Below are positions 50,376 to 63,531 of a DNA stretch of 64,000 bases, one piece after another. Numbering within the stretch: position 1 is the first letter of the stretch; the number at the start of each line of letters is the position of its first letter. The DNA is from Squalus acanthias (lineage: Eukaryota). A model generated the notes under the pieces. That model was not told the origin of the DNA, made no database searches, and saw only the letters and a list, made by a program, of their open reading frames with translations. Where the stretch lies: NCBI GenBank assembly GCA_030390025.1, contig CM059431.1, positions 128,156,001 to 128,220,000 on the forward strand, read 5' to 3'. The position numbers were made by a program, and so were the translations under genes.

Positions 50376-51197
50376 GGGCTGGATTTTCCAAGCACCGAGG
50401 AGGTGAGCATGGAGGCGGGACTGCTGGTAAAGTAGCAGAAAGTGGGGGCAGATGGCAAACCCGCCCCCATTCCGCCTCTGTGCCCTTTTGCCAGGAGGCA
50501 GGAAGTGGTGCTGCTTCGAGTCCCATCTCCTGGAGGCGGGAAAGGCATTAAATACTTTTAACTGCCTGTTAACAGGTAGTAAACAGGCAGAAAAAAGGAT
50601 TAGTGCCATTTTACCTTCACAGGTGAAGGCTTCCCGACCTCGGAGAACCCCGCCAGGTTGGAGGAGACATGAAGGAGGTCTGCAGCGGTTGGAGACACCT
50701 GGAAGTAAGATGTAGAGGTGAGTGATGGGTGCAAGTGTGGAGTGGTAAATATGTAAGGTGAGTGATAAGTGTAAAAAAATGTTCACTTACCTTGTTTTCT
50801 TCCTACAGCCTTCATCCTCTCTGGCTCGATTTCACAGACTGGCTGTTGGATCCTCCGAACCAACAGCCATCTGAAATCGACAAAGTTGAAAGGTTTGATG
50901 AGTCCTGAACACAAGGTCTCATCAAACTACAGAGAATGTCAGTGTTTGACAGCTTCACAGAGCTGTCAAACACTGACATTTCTTCTGCCAAGAGGTCTTG
51001 ACAGATAGCACGTCTGACATTCACGTGCTCTGTCAGTGACTTCCTCCTTAATTGGCCTGCTGAGCCCGCAGGGCGGGCTTAACAAGGTCAATCAGGGGAA
51101 AATCCCTCTGGTTGATCAGACGAGGATGGAGGAGGGACATTGACACGACAAGCAGCAGTCCCGCCTCCAACTCGTCTCCATTGAGAAAATCCAGCCC
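50376..51197. mobile_element. Harbinger-type MITE
   Basis: Perfect 13-bp TIR gggctggattttc / gaaaatccagccc; TSD ATA. Confidence 0.9.
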
Positions 51198-51266
51198 ATA
51201 GAGTGTAAAAAGTCACCCTGAGTATCCCAAACTATATTGATGCATGTTGCAGAGTTTGTTGTTATA

Positions 51267-53150
51267 GCTTGGCAGGCTGTAACTAGTGGGGTGCCACAAG
51301 GATCAGTGTTGGGGCCTCAGCTATTTACAATCTATATTAATGACCTAGATGAAGGGACCGAGTGTAATGTATCCAAGTTTGCTGATGATACAAAGCTAGG
51401 TGGGATAGTAAGCTGTGAGGAGAACACAAAGGCCGCGATTTTCTCAATCGATGCGGCTTGAGAGCGGGTCAGCTGGTTTCCAGGTTCCAATCCAGCCCCC
51501 AATGATGTCTGACGCACAGACGTGATTTTGCGTTAATTGGCCAATTAAGAGGAAGCCGGTGTCAGATGACGTCAGTTGATGACATGTCATCTGCCGGTTT
51601 TCTTAAAGGGACCATGCACAATTTTTCTTTGACAGTTCATTTCTCAGTGTTTGACAGCATAGAGGTGCTGCAAACACTGACAATCACTGTTCACAGGTGA
51701 GTTCTTGCTCCCAGGCTCTCCAGTGACTCCATCCTTAGGCTAGAACAGATGGCAGCTGCAGGTGAGGTTACAGAAGCGATCTGTCACTGGTGAGAGAGGT
51801 TCTCCCAATGAGGTGGGATTACACATACAATTCAAAATGTATTACCTACAGAAAAGTGTACATGCATTAAAAATGAATTTCCCAACATTTTCTTACCCAG
51901 TGCACCATTGGATCCTTCACACCACTTCTGCAGCTGTCATCAATGCAGAAACATTACAGCAGACTCAAACATGCCACACCTACCTGGCATGGTGTCCGGA
52001 CATCGGGAAGCCCGAAGTAGAAGTGTCAAAATTGAAAAAGAGCCTGTTAACTGCCTGTTAACAGCCTTTAACAGGCAGTTAAGTGGCTATAATCCTCTTC
52101 ACACCGCTAGGTGTCGGGTTCATGCGCAAATTGGGGACCTGACACTTGGGAAGATTGATTGGAGGCGGGTTGACAGCGGGTTTCCTGCCCGCTGTCAATC
52201 TTTGCGATTTTGCCAGCAGTCCCGCCTCCAAACCCGCCCTCTGAGCGCCGGCAAAATTCCTGCCAAAGAGTCTGCAAAGGGATATAGATAGACTAAGTGA
52301 GTGGGCAGTAAGGTGGCACATGGAGTATAATGTAGGGAAATGTGAGGTTATTCACTTTGGTCAGAAGAATAGAAAAACAGGATATTTTTTAAATGGTGAG
52401 AAACTTTCAAATGTTGATGTTCAGAGAGGTTTGGGTGTCCTCGTGCAAGAAACACAGAAAGCTAGCATACAGGTACAGCAAGCAATAAGGAAGGCAAATG
52501 GCATGTTGGCCTTTATTGCAAGGGGGTTGGAGTATAAGAGTAAGGAAGTCTTGCTGCAATTGTACAGGGCCTTGGTGAGACCACACCTGGAGTACTGTGC
52601 ACAGTTCTGGTTCCTTATCTAAGGAAGGATATACTTGCCTTGGAGGCGGTGCAAAACAAATTCACTAGATTGATTCCTGGGATGTGAGGGTTGTCCTATG
52701 ATGAGAGGTTGTGTAGAATGGAACTAAACTCTCTGGAGTTTAGAAGAATGAGAGGTGATCTCATTGAAACATACAAGATTCTGAAGGGGATTGACAGGGT
52801 AGATGCTGAGAGATTGTTTCCCCTGGCTGGAGTGTCTAGAACTAGGGGGCATAGTCTCAGAATAAGGGGTAGGCCATTTAAGACTGAGATGAGAAGGAAA
52901 ATCTTCACTCAGAGGGTTGTGAATCTTTGGAATTCTCTGCCCCAGAGGGCTGTGGATGCTGAGTCTTTGATTATATTCAAGACTGAGATAGATAGATTTT
53001 TTGGACTCTAGGAGAATCAAGGGATATGGAGATCGGGCGGGAAAGTGGAGTTGTGGTCAATGATTAGCCATGATCTTATTGAATGGCGGAGCAGGCTTGA
53101 GTGGCCGTATGGCCTACTCCTGCTCTTATTTCTTATGTTCTTATGTTCTT
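51267..53150 (+). mobile_element. CR1 3' portion interrupted by a MITE
   Basis: [25 protein letters not shown] resumes as SLQRDIDRL at 52265; 3'UTR and tail present. Confidence 0.93.
51431..52264. mobile_element. Harbinger-type non-autonomous element inserted in CR1
   Basis: Imperfect TIR ggccgcgatttt / aaaattcctgcc; TSD AAA; second copy at 62658-63531. Confidence 0.92.
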
Positions 53151-53242
53151 TCCATTGTAAAAGGCATGAGGGAGGGGGCAACACACATTTTAAATATCTA
53201 AGCCTGGATTTTCCTTCAAATTATTACCCGGTTTGGTATACT

Positions 53243-53338
53243 AAACATAGGAACATAGGAGCAGGAGTAGGCCATTTAGCCCCTTGAGCCTGTTCTGCCA
53301 TTCAATGAGATCATGGCTGATATGTGACTTAACTCCAT
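53243..53338 (-). mobile_element. CR1 3' tail fragment
   Basis: (aggaacat)n tail plus CR1 3'UTR motif. Confidence 0.85.
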
Positions 53339-53469
53339 ACAAACAGAATAAAATAGGATGGTAAGTCCTACTGCTTCAAATCCACCTTCAAAAAAATCTG
53401 GAAATTTCCTCCCCAAAATCCGCTTATACACTGAAATGACAACCCCCACAACTTAATGAATGGGAAGAG

Positions 53470-53762
53470 CTTTCACTCAATTAAAGTGCTGCTAGTGTGG
53501 GGTACCAGTCATCTTATCCTATATGCTAATGTTCATAACTCGGGAAGCTGGCATGACATTTGCAGCATGTGTGAATCCACCATACCAGCCCTGAAGATTC
53601 AAAACATTAGGATGGTTGATTGGTGATCAAAGCTATCCTCTGTGTTAATGGCTTCCGCAGACAGTGGGAGAGAACAGATATTCTGAGGTCCATAACACTA
53701 AAACAAATGTGATAGGGCAGACTATTATGAAATCTTATTTTAGGTGCTTGGATAAATCTGGA
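53470..53762 (+). pseudogene. Old Harbinger nuclease fragment
   Basis: GSWHD, GWLIGDQSYPL and FRCLDKSG motifs. Confidence 0.55.
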
Positions 53763-55485
53763 CCATGACCCCACAACCAAACATCAAGCAATTGTTTCCA
53801 AGACTGTCACTGACCTCATCTCCTCTGGAGATCTTCCCTCTACGGCCGCCAACCTCCTAGTTCCCCAACCCTGCACAGCTCGCTTCTAACTCCTTCTCAA
53901 GATCCACAAACAGGACTGCCCTGGTAGACCCATCATTTCAGCCTGTTCTTGCCCCACGGAACTTATCTCTTCCTATCTCGACTCTATTTTTTCTCCCCTT
54001 GTCCAGTCTCTTCTCACCTACATCCGTGACTCTTCTGCCACTTTAACAGTTTCTAGTTTCCTGGCCCCAACCGTCTCCTTTTCACTATGGATGTCCAATC
54101 CCTCTACATCTCCATCCCCCACCAAGATGGCCTGAGGGCGCTCCACTTCTTCCTTGAACAGAGGTCCAACCAGTCCCCTTCCACCACCTACCCTCCTTCG
54201 CCTGGCTGAACTTGTTCTCACATTGAACAACTTCTCCTTTGACTCCACTCACTTCCTCCAAATTAAAGGTGTTGCTATGGGGACCCGCATGGGTCCTAGC
54301 TATGCCTGACTTTTCATGGGATATGTGGAACATTCTTTGTTCCAGTCTTACTCTGGTCCCCTCCCTCACCTCTTTTTCTGGTACATTGATGACTCTCACC
54401 CTGAACTAGAAAATTTAATTTACTTTGCTTCCAATTTCCACCCTTCCGTCACCTTCACATGGTCCATCTCCGACTCTTCCCTTCCTTTCCTCAACTTCAC
54501 GGTCTCCATCTCTGGAGATAGGCTATTGACAAACATTCACTATAAGCCCACTGACTCCCACAGCTACCTGGACTACACTTCCTCCCACCCCGCTTCCTGT
54601 AAGGACTCTATTCTATTCTCCCAGTTTCTCCGTCTCCGCTGCATCTGCTCTGACGATGCCACCTTCCACACTAGTGCTTCCAACATGTCTTCCTTTTTCC
54701 TCAACCGAGGATTCCCCGCTACCATGGTTGGCATGGCCCTTGACCGTGTCCGTTCTATTTCCCGCACTTCTGCTCTCACCCCTTCCCCTCCCTCCCGGAA
54801 CCACGATAGGGTTCCCCTTGTCCTCACCTTTCACCCCACCAGCCTCCACATTCAACGGATCATCCTCCGCCATTTCCGCCACCTCCAGCGGGATCCCACC
54901 ACCAAACACATCTTCCCCTCACCTCCCCTTTCAGTATTCCGAAGGGACCGCTCCCTCCGCGACACCCTGGTCCTCTCCTCTATCACCCCCAACACCCCTT
55001 CCCCTTCGCCCAGCACCTTCCCGTGCAAGCGCAGGAGATGCAACACCTGCCCTTTTACCTCCTCCCTTCCCACTGTCCAGGGCCCCAAACATGATTTACT
55101 TGTACTTCTTGCAATTTAGTATACTGTATTCGCTGCTTACAATGCGGTGTCCTTTACATTGGGGAGAACCAAACGTCGATTGGGTGACGGCTTTGCGGAA
55201 CACCTCCATTCAGCCTGTAAGGGTGACCCCAAGCTTCCGGTCGCCTGTCACTTTAATTCTCTGCTCCACTCCCACTCTGACCTCGGCCTCTTACACTGTT
55301 CCAATGAAGCTCAACGTAAGCTCGAGGAACAGCACCTCATCTTTCGATTAGGCACTTTACTGTCTTCTGGACTCAACACCGAGTTCAACAATTTCAGATC
55401 ATAACCTCTGCCCCTATATTTGTTTTCTCTCTCTCACATGGTAGCTGTTGATCATCTTGCCATTGCCATTCACACCTCATCTAGA
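53763..55485 (+). mobile_element. Penelope-like retroelement (RT plus GIY-YIG endonuclease), decayed
   Basis: [46 protein letters not shown], CxxxxCxxC, then YCIRC..YIG..TKRRLGDGFAEHL. Confidence 0.93.
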
Positions 55486-55868
55486 GAGCACCATGCTGTA
55501 TCAGACACCCAATGATAGCGAGCTGCTGCTCAAAAGCCCACAAAAAGTCTGGGGGCAGCTGTAAGCGTAATGAACGACGAGCGCTGTTCCTTCATCGTTG
55601 ACCACAAAATCTGGGCCTATACTTCCTAAGGAGTGGATGGAGCCAAGATTAAGTTTCAGTGGATTTCAGGCAGATAGTGAGCTGGGCAACTGGGCCACCT
55701 GCCTGATGTCATCAGCAACTTTTGATGGTCTGGCATCATTTAAATCTCATTAGCGTGCTGCTTGTATATTTTCAGCAATGATCGGCAACTTGCCGATTTG
55801 GAATTGGCTATTCAAATGTTTACATTTTCTGTCAACACAACAGGTAATAATCTAATGAGATAATTATA

Positions 55869-56335
55869 GAGGAGGCTGGTATGGAGGCGGGACTGCCGGG
55901 AAAATGGCAGAATTTGGCCTCCATGCCATCTTCCCAGGAGGCAGGTTGCCGGCCCGCACCGGGTCCCGTCTCCTTGGAGGCAGGAAAGGATTAAAGCCTA
56001 CTAACTGCCTGTTAGAAAATAGGATTATCCCTTTTTGCCCTCACAAGTGCGGGCTTCCCGAAGGCTCCAAAACATGCCAGCTCAGCGAGGCGAGTACTGA
56101 GTCTGCGGGGGTCGGGAGGGGTGCAAAAGTGTGGTGTGAAGGTAAGTGATGGGTGCAAGAGTGCAGAGGTGAGTATCTGACGTGCTCTGCAACCGGCTTT
56201 CCCTTAATTGGCGGGCTTAACAAGGTCAATCAAGGGAAAATAGCGTGGCTTGGCCACAACTCGATGGAGGCGGGACTAAAACCCGACAAGCAGCAGTCCC
56301 GCCTCCAATGTGCCTCCATTCACAAAATCGCCCCC
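55869..56335. mobile_element. Shorter relative of the 50376-51197 MITE
   Basis: gaggagg..atggaggcgggactgc start and gacaagcagcagtcccgcctccaa..aaaatcgccccc end. Confidence 0.75.
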
Positions 56336-56719
56336 AGACAGTTTGCTTCAAAATTCGACTATTCTTTCTAAAAAATTAACTCAATTAGAATGCTGAATAA
56401 CATTCCTCCCTGAAATTCCTGGGGTTCCACTCTGACGACACAAGTGCGGCACAAGAGAATCCCTGTCCGTGATTGTCCGAGGTGCCATCCCCAATCCAAG
56501 TTGTGGAGTCAGGGTCATTTGAATGGTTGGGGTGAACGCAATAACTTGCGATCTTACAGTATTGTCTCCGAACTTCCTTAACTGCACTTACTAGCATGTA
56601 GATCCTTGCAACCCCTTTTTTCACTTTAACAGGATGATACCACCAGACCTCTTCCATCAGCTGTCCAAAGCCATCTGGAAGACAGCTCTCCATTGCTAGC
56701 CTTCACTAATTGATCATTC

Positions 56720-58960
56720 ATGTTGCAAGAGAAACTTGCATACAATGCCCACTAGAGGCAGGGAATCAGAGGGGGCATCTTTGACAATAAAGAACTCACC
56801 CCTTCTGAGGACCAGTCAATGAAGCTGATGGAGAGGCACTCTAGTCGAGCCATAGGAGATGGTGAGGTCGGTGGTATATGGGGCGGGGTTTAGGTAGCAG
56901 GTTGGAGGGTGCACACCTAAGTAGTTGCCACAGCACCCCTCGGAAGCAGGGCACAGTCACAAGCTTTCATATCCTTCTCTCTCTCCTTAATCCCAAGGGG
57001 GTTATAAAAAAGAAAGACTTGCATTTATATAGCGCCTTTCATGACCACCGGCAGTCCCAAAACGCTTTACAACCAATGAAGTACTTTTTGAAGTGTAGTC
57101 ACTGTTGTAATGTAGGAAATGCGACAGCCAATTTGCACACAGCAAGCTCCCACAAACAGCAATGTGACAAATGACCAGGTAATCTGTTTTAGTGATGTTG
57201 ATTGAGGGATAAATATTGGCCGGGACACCGGGGATAACTCCTCTGCTCATCTTCAAAATAGTGCCATGGGACCTTTTACTCCACCTGAGAGCAAACGGGG
57301 CCTCGGTTTAACATCTCATCAAAAAAAGGACAGCACCTCACTCCCTCAGTCCTGCACTGCAGTGCCAGCCTAAATTTTTCTGCTCAAGTCTCTGAAGTGG
57401 GACTTGAACCACACAACCTTCTGACTCAGAGACAAGGGTGCTACCAACTGAGCCACGGCTGACACTTCCACTAACCCATTCTTATTTTGTATCCTCCTTT
57501 CCTGCAGATTCATCACAGCAGCACAGGGCAGAAGAGGAGGAGGATGAAGATGACGAGGAGGAGGTGCAGGAGAGATGGTAAATCAAACTTGATGATGATG
57601 ATGACGTTGCTGAAGAGGATCATGATGATGACGAGCGAGAGGATGTAGTCAGGCTAACCCATGAGTCCCTGTACTTAGATAGTGCCCCATGTTCCTCTGT
57701 TAAAACCTCCTTCATCTCACCCCCTGTGTCACTTGTTTTCTCAGATATACCTCAGATATTTTCAGTCAGGGTAATTAGATTGTGTTTGTGAGGAACTGGC
57801 ACCAGGTGATTCACAGAGCATGAAGAAACTGGAGAGGTGAGGATTGGGTGAGGATATGCTACCTTCCCAGTGAAGAAGGCTGATGTTTTCAGAGTTGTGG
57901 AACTGAGAACTCATTGGTCCTCATCTGAAAAGGAAGCTATTTCAAGAACATCACACCCACATGGAGGCTCTGAGGTCAGTCTCAAAGGATATGCCACATC
58001 TGACAGATTGGAACAGACCTCACTGAGAATGCTGTTTCTCTGGACAGCAGCACTTGCCTTCCTTCTCATAGCAGCATGCTAGTCGCATGTAGGAGGTGAC
58101 ATCAAGCTACCCAAGCACAACTTTCTGAGATGCAGCCAGCAGTAGCTCCCTCGTAAAGTAAGCCACCATGAGAAGAGGTCCACATCAGTCCCATGAGCTG
58201 TTTATAGCTTAGGAGTAGCCAATCACCTCTCATTATACTGCCCCTCAGGTTGCATCTAGGTGAAGCACTAGAATAGGAAAAAAGCGGGTATATTTAGTCA
58301 CCCAGGGGATGCACGGTGTGTGGAATAGACAGGGTGGCTCCTGTACATTTTGAAGTTTGTTGTATGAAAGAAACAAGTGCACTTATGTTATGTTTTGTTC
58401 TTTATGGAGATTTTAGTCTTACAACAAAGGGTGCACTCATTCCGTACTTACTTCTTCAATCAGGTGATTATTATTTGCATGGTCATGTGAGGATGTGAGG
58501 CCAAAGAGATCTGTTGTTCTGTGATGTTCTAGGATGAGTACTGGATTGAAGGATTTATCTTTTATTTGAATGTGGGGGAGAAGGAGTTGAGGCCGTGGTA
58601 GACTGTGTTAAATAGAAGAGAACACTTCAGCGATCTAATGCCCCTTGCAGCAGTCACTAAGGAGTGCTCAAAGTGATAGTCATTGTGATGCTTGATTTTA
58701 TAGAGTTCTTCCTCCAAAGCACCTTCCCAGGAAGGTCCATGTTTGGGCCTTTTTGAATATAAAAGTTCTGCAGAGCACAGCGACTACAGATATGTGGAAA
58801 ATATGATCTGAATCATAGTGCAGATCTCCTTAAGACCCTGATGGTTGTCTCAATGGCTACTGTGGTAGATGCATGTGCCTTGTTGTTGTACTCCTGTTTT
58901 TACAATAAGGGTAATTATCCAATGCAGCAAAGGATACCCCTTCTCGCCCCTATACCTGAT
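56720..58960. mobile_element. Old Harbinger remnant: Myb exons 2-3 (+) converging on the nuclease 3' part (-)
   Basis: EKLAYN..ELTPSED..AIGDGEVG|GT at about 56728-56873; cctgcag acceptor and acidic exon at 57508; GEKGYPLLHWI on the minus strand near 58910-58950. Confidence 0.55.
57004..57465 (-). mobile_element. tRNA-derived SINE (SacSINE1/DeuSINE-like)
   Basis: A and B boxes on the minus strand (tggctcagttgg; ggttcaagtccc); colinear with 28858-29272; fuller L2-type tail. Confidence 0.88.
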
Positions 58961-59169
58961 GCATATATTATGCATAGACAGATATATGCCACAAATAAGT
59001 ATACTTTAGTGATCAATTGAAATCAAGATTACACTTATCCGAAAGTTTCATCAGAATAAAGGCTCCTTAAACCGATGTTTTTTTTCCAAGTAATTATTCA
59101 TCTATTTGATGGTGAGGAAGTTGATGAGTTCTGGATAGGTTCTGGAAGTAAGCTAAAAAAAAAGCAAAG

Positions 59170-60060
59170 CAAATGGACCTAGGCAACCACAGACCCATTA
59201 GTTTCATATCAATCCGGAATAAAATGATGGAATTGTTCATGGGCAAATTTCAGAATATTAATCTAATAAGCAGTAAATAAAGCAGGTTCAGAACAGCAAT
59301 ATCCTGCCCGACGAGCCTCCTTGACTTTTTTGAGAAAGTATCATCCCAAATGGACTTCGGTAAGCCTTATGATGTGGTGTGTGCAGACTTTCAAAATACC
59401 TTTGATAAAGTTCTGCCCATTAGGTTGCTTCTAAAACTTTCAGCTGTGAGAATTTAAAGTAAACCTGGGGGATGAATCAGAAATTGGCGGAAAGGTAGGA
59501 AGCAGTGGGAATTTTTAGGGAAGTGGTGGAGTGTTTGGGGAAATACTGAACAGTACGTCTCAAGGATTGGTATAGGGACTCCAACATTATCAACTGAAAT
59601 TCGGAAGCTCCATGCCAACTGGACATGTTTCAGATGACACCAAACAGATGAGGGGGGCTGAATGTGAAGAGGTAACTGCTGACCAAGAAAATTACCGTAG
59701 ATAGGACTTGTAGGTGTCAGATGAAACTGAATACATATAAATGCAAAGCACTGCACATAGGAAAAATGGGAGGATGGATAGTCTCAGGATGAAGCTGGAA
59801 TAGATCATGGGGTATTAGTACACTTGATAGTTAGCACGTTCAGCCACTGTGGAGCACCAATCAACCAAGCAAATAGAATGCTGGATTATCTTAGGCAAGT
59901 CAGTTGAGTACAAGTCAGAAGAGGTCTTTCTGAAACTACAATGCTCTACTCAGATCACACCTTGAGTACTGTGTCTAGTTTTGGCCACTTAGACACAAGG
60001 AGACAGTCAAACCCTGGAAGCCATGTAAGGAAGAAACTCGGATGATGACTAAGAAAAGAC
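59170..60060 (+). mobile_element. Ancient, highly decayed CR1 fragment
   Basis: Residual DFQNTFDKV, ANRMLDY and RSHLEYCV motifs. Confidence 0.65.
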
Positions 60061-62657
60061 CACATAGAAGACTATTAAATAGTAAATGGTGTGAAAAGAG
60101 TTAAATCTGGAGGCATTGAAAACCAAGCATGTTGCTCCAATGATGGCATGAGCAAATCTGCAAAGTTCACACTCTGATGAATCTGTGTGTTTAACAACAA
60201 AAACCTAATGACACATCACTAATGCATCAGTTCAGTTAGAACACTACTGCATCTCTCAGTGCTGACAAGTGATTGCATATATGCGATCCACAGGTTCAAT
60301 TTAGGCTGTTCTGGTTGTGCGTTAACTATGTACAATTGCCCCATACTCTAAAAGTTACTCTGTTCTCAACAATAACGCATTTTGCTACTGTGCTTAATTA
60401 CAGGAAAGTACCCATTAAGGTACCTAAATCATTAGCTTTCCAATGAAGTACAAATTGGCCAAGAGGATAGCAATATAAGGCTGGAGTTTCACATTATGTA
60501 AAGAGAAATTCCACCAAACCATGTTTCAGACAATCCACAAAAGATTTCACTGCAGCTATCACAGCTAATTAAAATTTAATATTAAGAAATGTCAGTTTAT
60601 TGTTCTTTTAATAAGATTCACACATTACTACTGACATTTGAAGTAGGCACTGATTGTTATCGTCTATATAAATTAGGACTGCTGCTGAGTACAAAAGTGC
60701 TGGAATAGTTGCCAAAACATTCAGCCATGTATTTATTGGATCAATGGAATAGAATTACAAGTTCGACAAGGAGCATAACTTTTTTTAAAAAATGTATGTA
60801 CTTGTAATGGACAAAAGTAAGAGACAGCAGTACAGACAGCTGTCTTATATGTAAGCAGCATAACAAAAAAGAAAATAAGGATAATATAAAACAACATGAA
60901 GACAGATGACAGGTGTTGTCACAAAGAAATATTTGGCATCCCAATTCATAAAGTTTTGGCTGCATCCCAGGACATGTTCAGCTAAATCTGTAACAATATT
61001 AAAGGACAATTAAAATCCATCTGTTTTTAATTTATTGAAATTTAACTACTTAAAGCTGAAATGTCCCAAACTTGTTTACAAAACGGTTTGTTTTTGACAG
61101 AGATAGCAGCTTACGAAGCCCACCTGTTAAGATTATTCTTCAAAGTAGCACCTTGTCCCAGGTTTCTTTAAACAATAGAGCTAGAAACCAAAATCATTGA
61201 CTGGGAAAAGTAGATTCACTTCATCGAGCAGATTGCTTTTTACAGACCGACCCTCAGCTCAATGGTGTGCGTTCTTGGAGCTGAGAGTGTCTGGCTGTCC
61301 ATAGGCTGATGGTAGCAGAGATGCACCCAAAGTGGTGCTTGAACTCATCTATCCTACGGTAATGAGTAGCCCTCCCACTGACCCCACAAACTCTAGGAGG
61401 GATAGCACTGGAGGATTGGTTGGTTGAATGAGTTAGTAGAAGGGACTTTCAAACGTTTAGGGAGTTTTATTACAACGGTTGAGGTGGAGAGAATGTTTTT
61501 AATTTTGATTCTGACTTAGACTCAATAAATCAGACAAAACATCCAGCTACATGAAGGGCAGCTCAATCACTCCTATTCCAATATGCCCTATTTTGTAACG
61601 ATTCCACTTTGATGTGAAAAATAATTACTTGCTCTGTTATTCCACAGCGGATGTTAATGCAATAGAGCCTATGATAGTACTTTAAATGGGTGCAGATACG
61701 AAAATACCCTTTACATTTCAGCACTGTCGTGGGACATTATCATGAGCTTCCTGTTTCTTATGTTTTCAGAAGAGAGATTCAATCTACCAGGGGATGCTGT
61801 TTCCATCTAATTTTTGTGTGTGTATGATTAGAATATATAATTAGTGTCAATGTTTTCCTTTCTGTGTAGCACAGTGTAGCATTTTACAGCAAAAGATCAG
61901 GAAGTCAAATAAATTTTTTTTTTAGTATTTCATACAAAACTCTGATCCAGGGAACAAACGTAAAAGTCTGCAGTAGCGTAGGAGAAACAATTCCAAATAT
62001 TTACAGGCCTTGCTTACTTTTATTATGACACCTATAATGGATCATCCGAGCGCATAATATGATTTTGCCTTGTGAGCAGAGCTGCACAATCTGCAAGGGG
62101 TGCTCTAGAGAGCACAGTCTTGGGATTTGACGTCTTTAAAGCCTGTAGAAAAATGTAAAGGTCTGGCATTACTCATTATTGAAGTGCTCATCCCTAAGTT
62201 GAAATTTGTTCCACAAAAGACAAACATCTTTCATATTATTTCTGTTCCCTGTAGCAATATCTAATCAAATGTCATTGTTGGCACCATCGCTTTCTGAAAG
62301 ATTATTCATTTTGTTGTTTTACTGTAGGTCTATGCTAGAGGTCTGGAATAAATGTATTTTATTAGTGTTTTTTAAAATGTATTTCCTTTGGGTGGTTCAC
62401 TTGCGATATTACAGAAATTGATTAGAAAAGCAGATCATTGTGAATTAGCAATTTGGATGGTGGAAGATAGCATTTAATTAACTTTGAGATAAATAGCACT
62501 ATTTTTCTTTCTTTGGGAGTCTCACTAGGCCAGAAGATGAGAGACGTTTGCTGCTGGACTGCGGGATTAGTATCTACACAAAGAATTATGTATTTTGAGC
62601 CCTGTTGAAATAATTAGCTTAGAGGTGCAATCACTTTTGCTGCCCAGTAAAGAGTAT

Positions 62658-63531
62658 GGCCGCGATTTTTCCAGTCGATGCAGCTTGGGGGGGGGCAGCT
62701 GCCTTCCGGGTTCTAGTCCCGCCCCCATGACATCCGACGCACAGACGCAATTCTGTGTCAATTGGCCTTATTAAGCCTGCCCTGCGGGCTTGCCAGCCAA
62801 TTAAGAGGAAGCCGGTGTCAGATGACGTCAGTTGATGACCCGTCATCTGCCGGTTTTCTTAAAGGGGCCACGCACAATTTTTTTTGACAGCTGATTTTTC
62901 AGTGTTTGACAGCATTGAGGTGCTGCAAACACTGACAATCACTGTACAGAGGTGAGCCCTTGCCCCCAGGCTCTCCAGTGACTCCCTCCTTAGGCTAGAA
63001 CAGATGGCAGCTGCAGCTGAGGTTACAGAAGTGATCTGTCACTGGTGAGAGAGGTTCTCCCAAAGAGGTGGGACTACACAAACAAATCAAAACTTGTCAC
63101 CTACAGAAAAATCTAAATACATTAAAAATGATTTTTCCAACATTTTCTTACCTCTGAAACTCACCAGTGTACCATTGGATCCTTCACACCACTTCTGCAG
63201 CTGTCATCAATGCACAAACATTACAGTAGACCTACAGCACGCCACACTTACCTGGCATGGTGTCCGGATGTTGGGAAGCCGGCAGTCGACCTGTCAAAAT
63301 TGCAAAAAGCCTCTTAACTGCCTGCTAACAACCTGTTAACAAGCAGTTAAGTGCCTAAAATCCTCTTCCCACCGCTAGGTGTTGGGTCCATGCGCAAATC
63401 GGGGACCCGACACCTGGGACGATTGTCTGGAGGTGGGTTGACAGCGAGTTTCTGACCCGCTGTCAATCTTTGCATTTTGCCAGATGTCCCACTTCCAAAC
63501 GCGCCCCCTGAGTGCTGGCAAAATTCCCCCC
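62658..63531. mobile_element. Harbinger-type non-autonomous element (copy of 51431-52264)
   Basis: Colinear over its full length; TIR ggccgcgatttt / aaaattcccccc; TSD TAT. Confidence 0.92.

Noticed and set aside
61090..61360. Short candidate exons after tttttgacag and tttttacag
   Set aside because: The first has a poor donor, the second has stops in all three frames, and neither shows recognisable homology.
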